Below, in pieces: positions 1 through 12,871 of a DNA stretch of 64,000 nucleotides. The stretch lies in the NCBI GenBank assembly GCA_050273025.1, contig CP158636.1:1364001-1428000 (forward strand). Reading direction: 5' to 3'. Within the stretch, counting starts at the first letter, position 1. Each line of letters begins with the position of its first letter. Under the pieces are notes generated by a model. It ran no database searches. It saw only the letters and a list, made by a program, of their open reading frames with translations, and had not been told where the DNA came from. A program made the position numbers and the translations under genes. Origin of the DNA: Cenococcum geophilum (lineage: Eukaryota).

Positions 1-3000
1 CTAGAACCTCTATAACGTTTTTATAGACCTATTTACAGAGATATACCCTAATATCACGTGGATAATCTGCCGCTCCCTACTATACCCTAAGACCTTTAAG
101 CCTAGCAAAGCTTACCTTACCCTTATTAACTATACTAATGAGTTCCTTAATAATATTAAAGTAGGACTATAGTATATATATAACACAAACACCGCTAATA
201 AGAAAGCCAATAAAAACCTTAGTACCCTTATTACTTCCTAGATAGGAACTATTAACTCTTAGGCAAAGACTATTACCGTTCTAAAATAATTAACTCTTAT
301 AACAATGGTAGTAACCTAACAAAAAAAAACGGAGATCTAAAGACCCGCCAATATTTAGCGGAAAAGGTACCCCGCTAGAATAATAAGCTAATTTTAAAAC
401 CTAGCATATTAAGATTAAGGGAGTCTTCGACCGGGACTAGGACTACTTTAATATAGTTTAGTCCTAGATCCTTTATATCTTAGATATACTAGAGGATAAG
501 GCCTATAAGTTTATTAAGTAGGGCCTAGAGCTTATACACAAGAACCCAAACAATATATCTATATAGAAATGGCCTACTAAGGAAGATATGCTTAAAGACC
601 TTACTACCCACTATAAGGTCCTTAATATAACCTAGGTTGTAAAAAATAAGCTTAACCATTTCCCCTAAGGCGAGTGTAATTACTAGTCTTAAAAGGGAGG
701 GCTTAATAAGCTAATAGTCTACGCTAAGAAGACAGATAAATAGAAGGTGGACCTACTTTAAAAGTTTATCTCTCCGAAGATAGAAGAGCTGGTACTTAGA
801 CTGGCCCATAAAATTAATAACAGCGACTATATAGGTTGGAGTAAGTAGATGGATATATTTGCTAAGAACCTTATAAACTATACACACCAAGCCAACTTTA
901 AGAAGAACGCTAACTACCACCTACCTACCTAAGCCTTTACCCTATATTAACCTTAACCCTAGCAATAATTAGAGAACCTATAGACCTTAATAGAATTTTA
1001 AACATAGAGTATAAGCGCCGCGTTAATAATAGACTATACCTTACCTGTAGCCTACCTAGCCACTAAAGGAATACCTATAACCCCACTAAAATAGTAAACC
1101 TAGTCCTAATACCACCCTATTAAACGATGTAAATAAATAACCGCGGACGCGGTAACTATAGAGTTTATTATAAATACGGCGACCGCGGAGCCTATTATAG
1201 CCGCGGCGGATAACCCCCCCCTTTAACCCTATAGCTTAGTTACTCCAAACTATACCCTATATAGGAGCCTAACCTATTAATAACGCCTAGTATTAGCGAC
1301 TTCGCGCTAGCGAATACGAACACGGCCACATTGTTAGTGAGGTATTATTTTCCTATACCCTAACTAAAATAGAGACTAATACTGCTAGCTAGACGGACAC
1401 TAAACCGCCCTATTAAGACAGCCCCGTACCCTAGTCATTAAAAGGTAAACCCTTAAACTAAGTCGCGCCTAAGGGTCTAAACTATATAAGGAGGAAGACG
1501 AGAAGATTAGGTCCCTATTACTAGATTAATTAGTCCTTTCTATTAGTAAACTGCTACTTAATCTTAGATTAGTAAATAGTAACAAGAAATTAATCCTTAT
1601 TTAAACCCAACTCTCCTTATTACGTAACCTATACCCCTAAGTTTATATCAATATAGTAAGCCTAGTGGACTCTAGTAGTACTGTAATAGCATTTACTAAC
1701 GTAAAGTCTATTATAAGAAAGTATAACATTATAACTAAGAAGCTACTAGCACCTAGGCCACTACGCCTTATAGATAATATCCTAACTTTGCTTATTACGG
1801 ATTACTTTACCGCCTAAATATCAATTGGCCTCTATACTAAAGCTATACTCTTTTTTATTACTAAACTCTCGCCCGCTACCCTAATTATTCTAAGTATACC
1901 CTAGCTTTAGAAGCATAAGCCCCATCCTAGCTTTAGGAAACTTAAGATCCGCTTTAACTTAGACTACTACTCTAGGCACTACCTCCTATAGGGGATAGCT
2001 AATATTAGTAGGGACGCCCTATATAGATACTTAGCACTACTAAGCCTAGTGCCTAAAACTATATATAAAGCCCTAATAGTAGAAGACGTTCCTAATAAAG
2101 GGGAGCCCGTATAGCTATAAAGAAATAAAATAGTAGAAGACTGGACTAACCTAGCACTTAAGACCAAAACGACGGGCTAGCCAGCCCTGCTAAGACCAAG
2201 GAAGAAGGTCCGCTTCGCGCCGCTACTACTAAGAATCTAACCCCAACCCAGGCACTATTTAAACCCCAGCCGCCTAGCCTAATACCTAAAACTAAGCTAT
2301 ATACTATATACGCACACTATAGCTTACGTTATAGTAAGGACTAGCTATAGAACTACTAAGACCCAGATAATAGAAACCGCGCCACTATAACGCCTAACCT
2401 TATACCTATCTCCTACACGTACTATATAAAGCCGCCGCTTCGTTTCTACCCCTTTAAGCCGACTAAGCCGTATTAGCCTAGCCGTAGCACTAAAGAGCCA
2501 GACACGCCCTAACCTAGATAATATTAAATACACCTATACTATTAATTTTACCTAGTTCTATAAATAAAAAGACGTAAAGGTAATAAGGATCTATATAGCG
2601 GAGCTAGTAGAACTAGTTAAATAAGATAAGTACTAATAGCTGCTTAAAGAGCTGCCTATAGGCCTAATAGAAGTACTAAACCTATTAAAAAGGTCTTTCC
2701 GCCGGCTAGTAAAAGGCGACTATATAATAAAGGAAGCCCGTAAAGTACTCCCCCCTTATTTCTATAACTTCCTTAAAATAAATCTAAAAACTAAACCCAA
2801 GCTTTTACGTCGGAAGATAGTCAATACCGATATTAAAAAATTCCTAAAAGGTAAACCAGGATTAACCTATAAAGACATTCTATAACACCTACTAAAGGAG
2901 TTTAGTAAATATATTAAATACTTCCTCCTTAAAAACGTAAATAAGCTGCCCCCTTACCGACTATAGGACTATAAAATTAAGATCACCCCTAGAAACTAGG

Positions 3001-5195
3001 CCCTATACTATAAAAATAGACCACTCTTACCTACTAAACTTAGGTGTATAAAGAAGTAGATTAATAAGATGCTGGATAAGGGTTTTATCCGCGAATTAAC
3101 CTTACCAACTACCGCACTACTCCTCCTCGCTGCTAAGCCCGGCGGCGGTATATAAATCTACTATAACTACTAAGGCCTAAACACAGTCACTATTAAGAAT
3201 TAATACCTACTACTACTAATCCGCGAGATACTTGACGCACTTTATAGCGCTAAGTACTTTACTAAACTTAATATAATTGCTGCGTTTAACCGGATCCGGA
3301 TTATAGAGGGCCATAAGTGGCTTATAGCATTTATTACCCGGTTCGGACTCTATAAGATACTAGTTATACTATTTAGCCTCTATAACACACCCGCTATATT
3401 CTAAAACTATATTAACTATATTCTATACAACGCCCTTAACAACTACTATACTACCTACCTTAATGACGTCCTTATCTTTTCTAAAATACGTACTAAGTAT
3501 ACTAAGTATATAAATAAAGTCATCTAAAGACTTAATAATACTAGACTTTAGATTAATATTAATAAGTCTAAGTTCTACTCTACTAAAACAAAATACCTTG
3601 GCTTAATTATCTTGACTAATAGTATAACTATGGACCCTAAGAAGATATAGGCCTTATAGGAATAGAAGGACCCAACATTAATTAAAGAACTATAATAATT
3701 TCTCGGCTTCGCGAACTTCTACTAACAATTTATCCAAGGCTACTCTACTATCGCTACACCTATAATAAAACTCCTAAAGAAGGATATTAGATAGCTATAG
3801 GGACTAAAATAAGCTAAATCGTTTAAGGCCCTTAAGGGAGCCTTTACTTAAGCACTAGTACTAGCATACTATAACTATATAAAGAAAACAATAGTAAAGA
3901 CAGACGTATTAAATTGGGCTTTTAGCGGAGTCCTTTCCCAGTATAATAATAACGGAAAATTAAGACTGGTCGCATTCTTCTCTATAAAGCACTCCGCGCT
4001 AAAATATAACTATAAGATCTATAATAAAGAACTCCTAGCTATTATTAAGGCTTTAGAGGAATAGTATCTTAAGCTGCAAGGGACTAAGGAGCTGTTTAAA
4101 ATTATTACTAACTATAAAAACCTATAGACGTTTATAACTACTAAGCAGCTAAACTAGCGCTAAGTTTAGTAGGCAGAGTTCCTTTTACAGTTTAACTTTG
4201 TAATTATATATAGACTTAGTAGCAAAGCTACGCTCCCTAACGCCTTAAGCCAGCTACTAGGAATAAGGCCTAAGGATACTAATAATAAACGCCTCCGCTA
4301 TTAAGCCTAAGTTATTATACCGCCCTAAAAAGTTAACCCTATAATTTTAAAAGAATTACTATACAAGTCCCGTAACTCTAACGATATAAAGTTTATAGCT
4401 GCTTTAGACCCCAAAATAGCCAAAAAGTTACTAGATAAGTTAATCTGGCTAGGATACCAGGAGAACGAACTTATAAGAGATATAGTAGCAGCCCTATATA
4501 ATTGGAAAGCTCGCCGTTAGCTAAAGAAAATTAGGAAATTACTCTATTACAATAAGTTAGAATACAGTATTATTAATAGATAGATCTACTTCCGCTAACG
4601 TCTCTTCGTCCTTAACGCCCTAGACCTTCGCCTAGAAGTTACCTATTACTCTTATAGCAGCGGCCCCTGTAACAAAGCCTTGTAGTAAATACTACGGTGG
4701 ACTCGTTAATAGGCTAGGTATATAGGTATTAAATAAAGTCAACAACGTAATAATAACTGGTAGAGTGGTTACCTAACAGATTAACTTTAATTATATTCTA
4801 AGAATCACTACAAGGAAGGAACTATCTAGGTAGGGACTAAAGGTCCTTAAATACACAACTATACTCCTATAAAATCCTTCTTATATATAATATATAGGTT
4901 ATACATAAGGTACATAAGTTCCTTTTATTTCTCTTATTTAACACGTAGCATATTATATAACCTTAGTTACTATTCCTTGTTATATAGTTCTACCGGTTCT
5001 ATACTAGACCATACTCTTATTAACTAACTAGCTTCTTCTAACTCTTCTTTAAGTAGTTATAATATTATACTTAAAGCGTCCGTAACACCATCTTCCTCCT
5101 CTCTATTTTCGTCCTTAAAGATACTTAGCATCTTTAGGTTGTTTACTAGAGGTATAATATCTATCTAATTAATTTAGTTAATATTGTTACTTATT

Positions 5196-5880
5196 ATACC
5201 TAAAGCATCTTCTTCTTTATACGCGTAACGTCATGCCCGCATAGTTACTGCTATATTATCGCTTAGTAAAATTATACCATCTCTATATTCTTGTTATACG
5301 AAAGAGGGGTTAGTCTATATTACGCTAGTAAGTCCCTTATCTTAACAACCTTCCTTTTACTTAGAGTATACTAAAGTAAACATTTAATTATCTTGCGATA
5401 TTTGTTTTACTTTTAACGCTAAATATACGCGTTTTATAACTCTTAATAGTCTTTAAGTTCCCTAAGTAATTTGTTATAGGGTTTTATATTTAATCTACTA
5501 CTGCAAAGCTTAATAGTAATCTAGCGTAGGCTTTTGCTAAGCTTAAGCGATTTTAGGATACGGAACAGAAGGCCCTAGATACTTATATCGCGGCATCTAC
5601 CTAGCTACTTTGTCTTAAGAAGGTTTATAAAAAGGTCCGTTTTAAAGAGTAGAAGCTTATAGAATAAGGTTTATAGAAACTTAGCAATAAAAAAGCGGAT
5701 TCTCTTCTAACAGAGAAGGAAATAACTCTAAGTAGTTTAGCAGTCGCTCTCCCTAGGTCCCCCTTAGGTAACTTATTCTTTAGCAATCCTTCTTTATTAA
5801 TATTACCTGACCTTTTTTCTTCTAATACTCCTATACCTTTCCTATAGCGTTCTTTAGGTTCTCTAGTAGTTTCTAGGTAG
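5196..5880 (+). pseudogene. Antisense accessory gene of Gypsy B copy 1: Zn2Cys6-like cluster plus coiled coil, one intron (5425-5479), RIP-inactivated
   Basis: De-RIPed frame MPKASSS...GEIMPSPCSxCTKEGLVC-x13-CSECTKVNI.SSCD...AE/W...ARLL.LEKV.KKVR. All six Cys positions are TGY or TAY. Intron and frame are conserved in copy 2. The 3' end is approximate. Confidence 0.7.
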
Positions 5881-6100
5881 TCTTATTATAGCCTATCCAC
5901 TTTACTTCGTACTATATTTTATTATTAATGTTCTTATAACTAATAATCTTTAAAACTTACCATTTATCTTCTTCTCGTCCTCTATACGTATCTGCTTCGT
6001 AGGCTAGTAGCTTAATATTCCCATATACTAGCTCTAGTATTGCGATATATTATATAGGGTAAATCTTTATCTTAGCTAGTAGGTTTAACTTAAATATAAC

Positions 6101-8819
6101 TGTCTGTACGAGTAGAGGTTACGTAGTTATGTCTCTGATTAGTCATCCTTACGGTGACTTATTAGCCCCCTATTTAGGCACCGCGATCCTTACGATCCTC
6201 TGCGAAAGACACGAATGAATTAAAGAACCTGTTACCTTATATTGCAATTATAGTACCCCCCTAGGTAATACCAACACTAATTAGTTAATATTACAGATCA
6301 GCCAGGTGTTATTATAAAGAGAGGCACTACGTAATTGCTCCTACCAAGGCCCGTCAACCACGTTGTGTTTGCTAAGGAGAACCCTTCCTGTATAGGCCCT
6401 GGGAACTTAAAGAACCGACTCCTCTAAGGCTTTGTTCGGTTCGCGTCCACCACGCAAAATTAATACCCAGTACGACCTCTTTACTGAGCGCCAGTACCCC
6501 CTAATACCCATTAACCGCTTAATACATAAGACCACGACCTACACCACGATCTATGCTGGTCAATTATATCTAATATAGGAACCTAACGTCTAAACTAAAG
6601 TAATGGAATTACCTTAACTAACGAGACTACCGCAGAAGACATTACTAACTATATTAACTTTAAAATTAATAAGTACACTAAATACAACTTTAAAGATAAA
6701 AGCCTATGGGAATTATACTAAGAGGACTTTAATAATTTTAAGGTATAGATATTTAAAGACGCTAATAGGCCTGCACTTACGGGACTTAAATAACTACTCC
6801 GACGTAACGGAGTATAGGTCTTTAATAAGAAGAGCAAGTTAGTACTATAAGCACTGTATAATATCGCCTATGAAGATAACCCTACGGAATAGTTAGATAT
6901 AGAAATTAAGCTATATATTGATAATAAAGGACGCTTTAATTCGTATGTTATTAACCGCCGTCTTAAATCACGTTTATTAACTCCCTTAACGGCACCTACC
7001 CCGACCCTAGCTGTCTTGAATGACCTCCCTATGGCCGAGCCTCCCTCACCTACAAACGTCACGGCTCCCCCTACGGACGTCACGGCCCCCTCTACGAACG
7101 TTACGGCTCCCCCTATAAACGTCACAGCTCCTTCTATAGAAGCTAAAGCCACTACCTATGGTAGAGACTTAGTAACCTTGGTAAAGATATATATAGAGGA
7201 AAGTAAGTATAGCGGAGAGGATGATAACTTTAACCGCAAGCTTACGATTTTCAACGACCTTTATAATAGGGTTAATATACTATAAGAGGCAAAGATTAAA
7301 GGCTTTCTAACGATGCTATAGGGTATTACTTTTAACTTCTATTATAAGAATAAGGCAACCTATACCACCTTTAATAGTATCTATAATGCCGTATGCAACT
7401 ACTTTAAAGGACTAGAATATAAGCGTGGAATCTTGGCAAAATGGAACGCTATAACCTTAAAGACCGTAATAATAAAAAATAAAGGCAAGTCTATAGGGGA
7501 CTGCCTACAGCTACTGCTTAACGACCTCTGTTATTTATAGTATGGTCTTAACGCTAACCTCTACAATAATAACTTCCTACATAATAAGCTTATTATCGCT
7601 TATTAAGATATTACTGCTTATTAGGCAGCTTACTTTAACCTACCTACTATACTTACTAGCCTTATAAACAGCCTATAATCGTTAATTGTTACTTATAAGA
7701 AGATTAATGGTACTATAGGATAACCCGCTAATGTGTTCTTATAGCCTACGGAACAGCCTACGGACGTATTCTTTACTAACCGTCGCTACTACTAACTAAC
7801 GTCTTGACTAAGTTTATTAAATAATCGTTATAGCAATAATGCTAGGACGTGCTTTGTATGTAAGAAAGGAGACTGTTGGTTAACTAGGTATACTAAAGAA
7901 GAACGTAATAAAGCAAGAGAAGGATTTAAAAGACGTGTCCACTAGTATCTCACGGATAATGATATTGATGATGACTTTAATAAGGATATAACGGCTATAG
8001 CATTTAATATATTAACCCTAACTGCAGTTCCTACTAGCGGTAACTTCTTTTATAATGACTATGGTATTAAGTACTTTATAACCTTAAACGGACCAATACT
8101 AATTAAAACGGCTAAGAATATAGTTACGTTTATAAATAACAATGCCTTTACCTATAACCTTACGGGTAGTATAGAGCCTAGTAGTATAGACCCTAGTGGT
8201 ACGGAACCTAGTACAGTAAGGCGCGGTGATGTTAATAATAAGAGTAGTAACGACAAGGGCAAGAGCGCCACCTACCTTTATAACAATAACCCTCCCGACC
8301 TTACCGTTAATATTAACTTCCTTAACTGTTATTTTAACGACAACGGATAGGACTTAGCCCTTTTACCTACTTCCCCTATAGTCTATAATGACTTTTATAC
8401 CTTCTAAAGCCGCCATACCTTTAGTTCTGACTTTAACTACGCTCTGTTATAGGATACCTCAGTAACACCTTATACGCGCCTACCTGTCTCCACCGCAATA
8501 TCCGTAACAATATCCGCAACGTCTGCAATATCCGTAATATTCGCAATACCCAAGACATTCGCGATTACTGCCCTAAGCACCTGTTGACCTATATACTTCT
8601 CCTTTATACTTTCTTACCTTCTTTCCTTTTTATAAATGTCGCCAGTGTCTGTACGAGTAGAGGTTACGTGGTCATGTCTCTGATTAGTCATCCTTACGGT
8701 GACTTATCAGCCCCCTATTTAGGCACCGCGATCCTTATAATCCTCTGCGAAAGATACGAATAAATTAAAGAACCTGTTACCTTATATTGCAATTGCAGTA
8801 CCCCTGGGTAATACCGACA
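6101..8819 (+). mobile_element. Non-autonomous gag-only Copia (GalEa-like) derivative, copy 1
   Basis: LTRs 6101-6276 and 8646-8819 (TG...CA); TSD ATAAC at 6096-6100 and 8820-8824; CTAATTAGT right after the 5' LTR; gag-like KIY.EESKYSGEDDNF..KL.IF.D resembling the gag of the 52686 Copia; no pol motifs seen. Confidence 0.88.
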
Positions 8820-11800
8820 ATAACTAATAAAATTCTTTACGTAATTTTAAAAGGTCCTAGTCTAACATAGTTTAATTTCTTACTTAGTTATTAACTCTTA
8901 AAATTTTTATATAGTAGCCATACTTTATCCCCCTCCTTAAGATCTAGTCCCTTAGATCTCTTAGCATTATAGTACTTTTTTATTCTTTACTATACCACCT
9001 TAGCTATTTCTATAAGGTCTGCATAAAGATTTATTAAATTCTCTATTCTTTACTTAGCTATACTACTCGTTTTCTTTACTTATTATGGCAATAATAAGGT
9101 CTTTAGCTTATATCCGTAATTCGCCTTAAATAGTAACATACCCATTCCTTCTTATAGTGTTATATTATATATAAACTATATAACTAGTAATAGTAATACC
9201 CAATTATTCTATATATAATTAATATAATGCCTTAGATACTACTCTAGTATCTAATTTAGTCTTTCTGTTTAACTGTCTGTCTATAAATAATATATAGTGG
9301 AAGTTATTGCTTAAACTCCTTACTCTGCTAAAAACACTTCCTAGAATACTATTATAAATCTTAGATCTCTATCTAATATAATTTTACTTAGTGCTCTATA
9401 TCTTACAAACACTTCCTTAATATAGATTTTAGCGATATCTTCCGCTAATATTTCTTCTATGCATGCTATAAAGTATCCCTACTTCGTAAGCTTATCCACT
9501 ATTACTAAAATTGCGTTATAATCTTATCCAGTAATAGGATCTTTTAATTTTAGTAACTTAATAATAAAGTCCTATAATATAACCTCCCATAGTCTTTCTA
9601 GTATCTTAATAGGTTATAGCCCTCCGTATAGCTTATACCTTATTAGTTTATTCCTTTAGCAATCTAGATATTTCTTTATAACTTATCTTACTAGTCCTTA
9701 GATTCTATTAATAATATATTCTTTTTAAAGTCTTAATATTAAGCCTATAGCTCTATTATGTCCTTAAGCTGGTCCTTTATAAAACGACTTAATAAACTCT
9801 TTTGCGATGGATCTTAGCACGTACATTATTTCTCAATTTTTGTACTACTCTAAGTCCGGATCCTCTGCCTATACTTTTTAGATCTTTTATATCTAATTAC
9901 TCTCTAGTAATTTATGGATCTATTCTTCTTATGTTACTGCAATTTTTGGATAGTTATATCTAATTAATCCATCTAGGTCTTTTCGTAGTAAAGCCCCTAA
10001 TGGCTTTTCATTATTTTATAGTTTAGTCTTTCTGCTTAAAGCATCTGCCCATATATTCTCTGTGCCCTTAATATACTAAATCTTAAAATAGTATTCCGTA
10101 AGCATTTTTACCTATCTAACCTATCTCTAATTAAGTTCTTTTATTATTAGGAACCCCGTTAGGTTCTTATAATCCATCTTAACTATAAATAGTTTCTCTA
10201 TACCTTATAAGAATACTCTCTATTCCTTAAGTGCTATAACTATACCTAATAACTCCTTATTATAGATGTTATAGTTTAGTTCTAGTAATATTATCTTTTA
10301 ACTATAGTATACCACTAGGTGCCATTTATTCTTATATTTTTATAGGAAGTACGTTTCTAGGCATAGTCTAATACATCTATCTCTATAACCGTTTCCAACT
10401 TTAGTTAATAGATTTTAAGGACTAGTTCCTAGGTAAACAACTATTTAACTTTCTTAAATAGTTCCTTTTATTTCTCTCCCTATATCTATAGTTCCTCTTT
10501 CTTTATTAATCTTATAAACGGCTTAATATTCTTTAACTATTAAGCTATAAACCTTCTGTAGTAATTGCAAAACCCTAAAAACGATCTTAACTATATAACG
10601 TTCTTTAGTTCTTACCAATTCACTATAGCCTTAATCTTTTTTAGATCTATACTAAGTTGGCCTAGTTTAATAATAAATCCGACAAAATCTGTCTTCCTTA
10701 TAAAGAATTTGTATTTCTTAATTGCTACTAGCATCTGTTCTTCTTATAGTCTTACTAAGACCCATTTAACGTATTCTCCATATTCTTCCTTATTCATTAA
10801 GTAAATAATAATGTCATTAAGGTATACTATAATAAATTCATCTAAGTACTCTCTTAATACATTGTTAATACGCTTCTGGAACGTTACTAGTGCGTTTATA
10901 AGCCCGAATTGCATAACTAATAGTTTATATAGTCCTTCCTTTGACCTAAAGGCCGCTTTCTATTCGTTGCCTTCCTTAATTCTAATTTAATGGTACGCCT
11001 ATCTTAAATCTATCTTTGTAAAGATTTGCGCGTTGCCTATCCTATCTTAAATCTCGCTAATTAAGGGTAAAGGATACCTATCCTTTCTAGTAATGCTATT
11101 TAACTGCCTATAGTCGATACACAGCCTTAGTTTACCATTTTTCTTTAATATAAATAGTACTAGATAACCCACTAATAACTATAATAGTCTAATATATCCC
11201 TTTCGTAAGTTTTCTTAGACAAACTCTTTTAATGCTCTACCTTTTTCTTTAGTAAGCTTATAGATTAAAAAGAACCTTAGACTTATTCCTTCTTCTAATT
11301 CTATCTTATAGTCCCATACTATATACTCTAACAGCTTTTTACTCTTTAGTAACTATAGTTTCTTGCCATACTTATGGTATCTTTTTAGTACATAGCTTAG
11401 CCCTTTTTCCATTTCTTTATAGATCGCTTCTACTTAGTACCATACCATCTTAGTTTACTGTTATATCTTACGTCGTTATATATCTCTAATATTAACTTAA
11501 CCTATAACCCAATTGATCTTTAGGTTGTAATCCTATAACCAAGGCATTCCTAATACTGCCTTATTATTCCCCAATAGTAATATATCAAAAGATATCTTAA
11601 TTTATCTTTCTTTAATAGTTAGCTAAATAGGTCCTATTTTAAGATTAATAATGCCTTCTCCGTAGGCTATCGGATCTCCTAAAATTATTACTAATAGGTA
11701 AGGTTGTTCCTTCTATCTATATAGTAACCCCATTTTTTTAACTATTACTAGCAAGATATAGTTCCTCGTTGCTTCACTATCTATTAATACCTTAAACTAT

Positions 11801-12871
11801 TAATCTTGCCATTTAACTTATAAATTTAGGTATTATCCTTAAATTCCTTTAAGGGTCTAAGGCTCTATTACTGGTTCCCTCTAGTCCTATAGGCCTCTAC
11901 TTTTCCTAACTATTAGCTACTAGATCTTATATATACTTAGTCTAACTTAGGCCAATACTTAGTTTACTTTTTATCTTTAATATACTATAAATAGGTATTC
12001 TCTAGACATTCCTACTATTGTCGTCCATTTAGGCATTCTTCCGTAAGGAATCTTCCTAGTTAAAGTATTAAGTCCCCTTATTCTTAAACTTCTACTAGGT
12101 GCTAACTATATATATACTTAGCGTTTTAATACTTTGCCTTATCCGTCATCCAATATATCCTTATTAGATACTTCCGATTTTTATCCTTTAGTGCTCTATA
12201 TATATTACACTCGTTATCTATATATACTATTCACAATAGTATATAGTGCGCTTAATGTCTTAGGTTAACTCTCGGCTTATCTTTATCCTAGAGTTTAAAC
12301 CTTTCTTATATTAATTTAAGCGTTACAACTTTATTTACAGGTACTAAAATTCGCCTTTTACTTCTCTAGTCCTCTAATTACTCTTCTAGATCCTTTAATA
12401 TTATAATTAAGGCTCCCTTAATATAAGTTATAGCCTTTTCTATAATTAGGTAGTCTTAGACAACTTTTTTGTCCAACTATATATAGAAATCTTCCCACTT
12501 ATCGTTATGTCGTTGCCTATACTACTTTTAGTACAGCTGCTTAAGTATATACGGCTTATCCGTAAGGAAGTATCTTCTTATTACTACATTATAACAGCCT
12601 TTTATATGTCGTTCTTCAAACCTAGTTAAAATCCCTAGATCCTCTTCATTTTCCAGTTTAGTAAGCCACTTGGCTTTTAGTATACCTACTCTTAACCTAT
12701 TAGTAATTCTTTATACTAGCGCTCTGTCTTGTATACGGCCTAGTATACTAGATCTTATATCTAGTTTCCTTCCTTACCATATAGTAATTCTTGCTCTAAA
12801 TTCCGTTATAGTTTCTTTTACCTTTCGCCTTATAAGTAGATCCTTAAAGTTATCTTACTTCTTAATCTTAG

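Noticed and set aside
1031..1080. Apparent non-canonical CCHH knuckle in Gypsy A gag
   Set aside because: The last codon TAT could be RIPed TGT (Cys) or CAT (His); unresolved.
6135..6165. Hammerhead-like CTGATGA plus stem on the reverse strand of the gag-only element LTR
   Set aside because: The stem is followed by TAAT, not GAAA. It is better explained as a palindrome of TGACTAA/TGACTCA bZIP-type sites.
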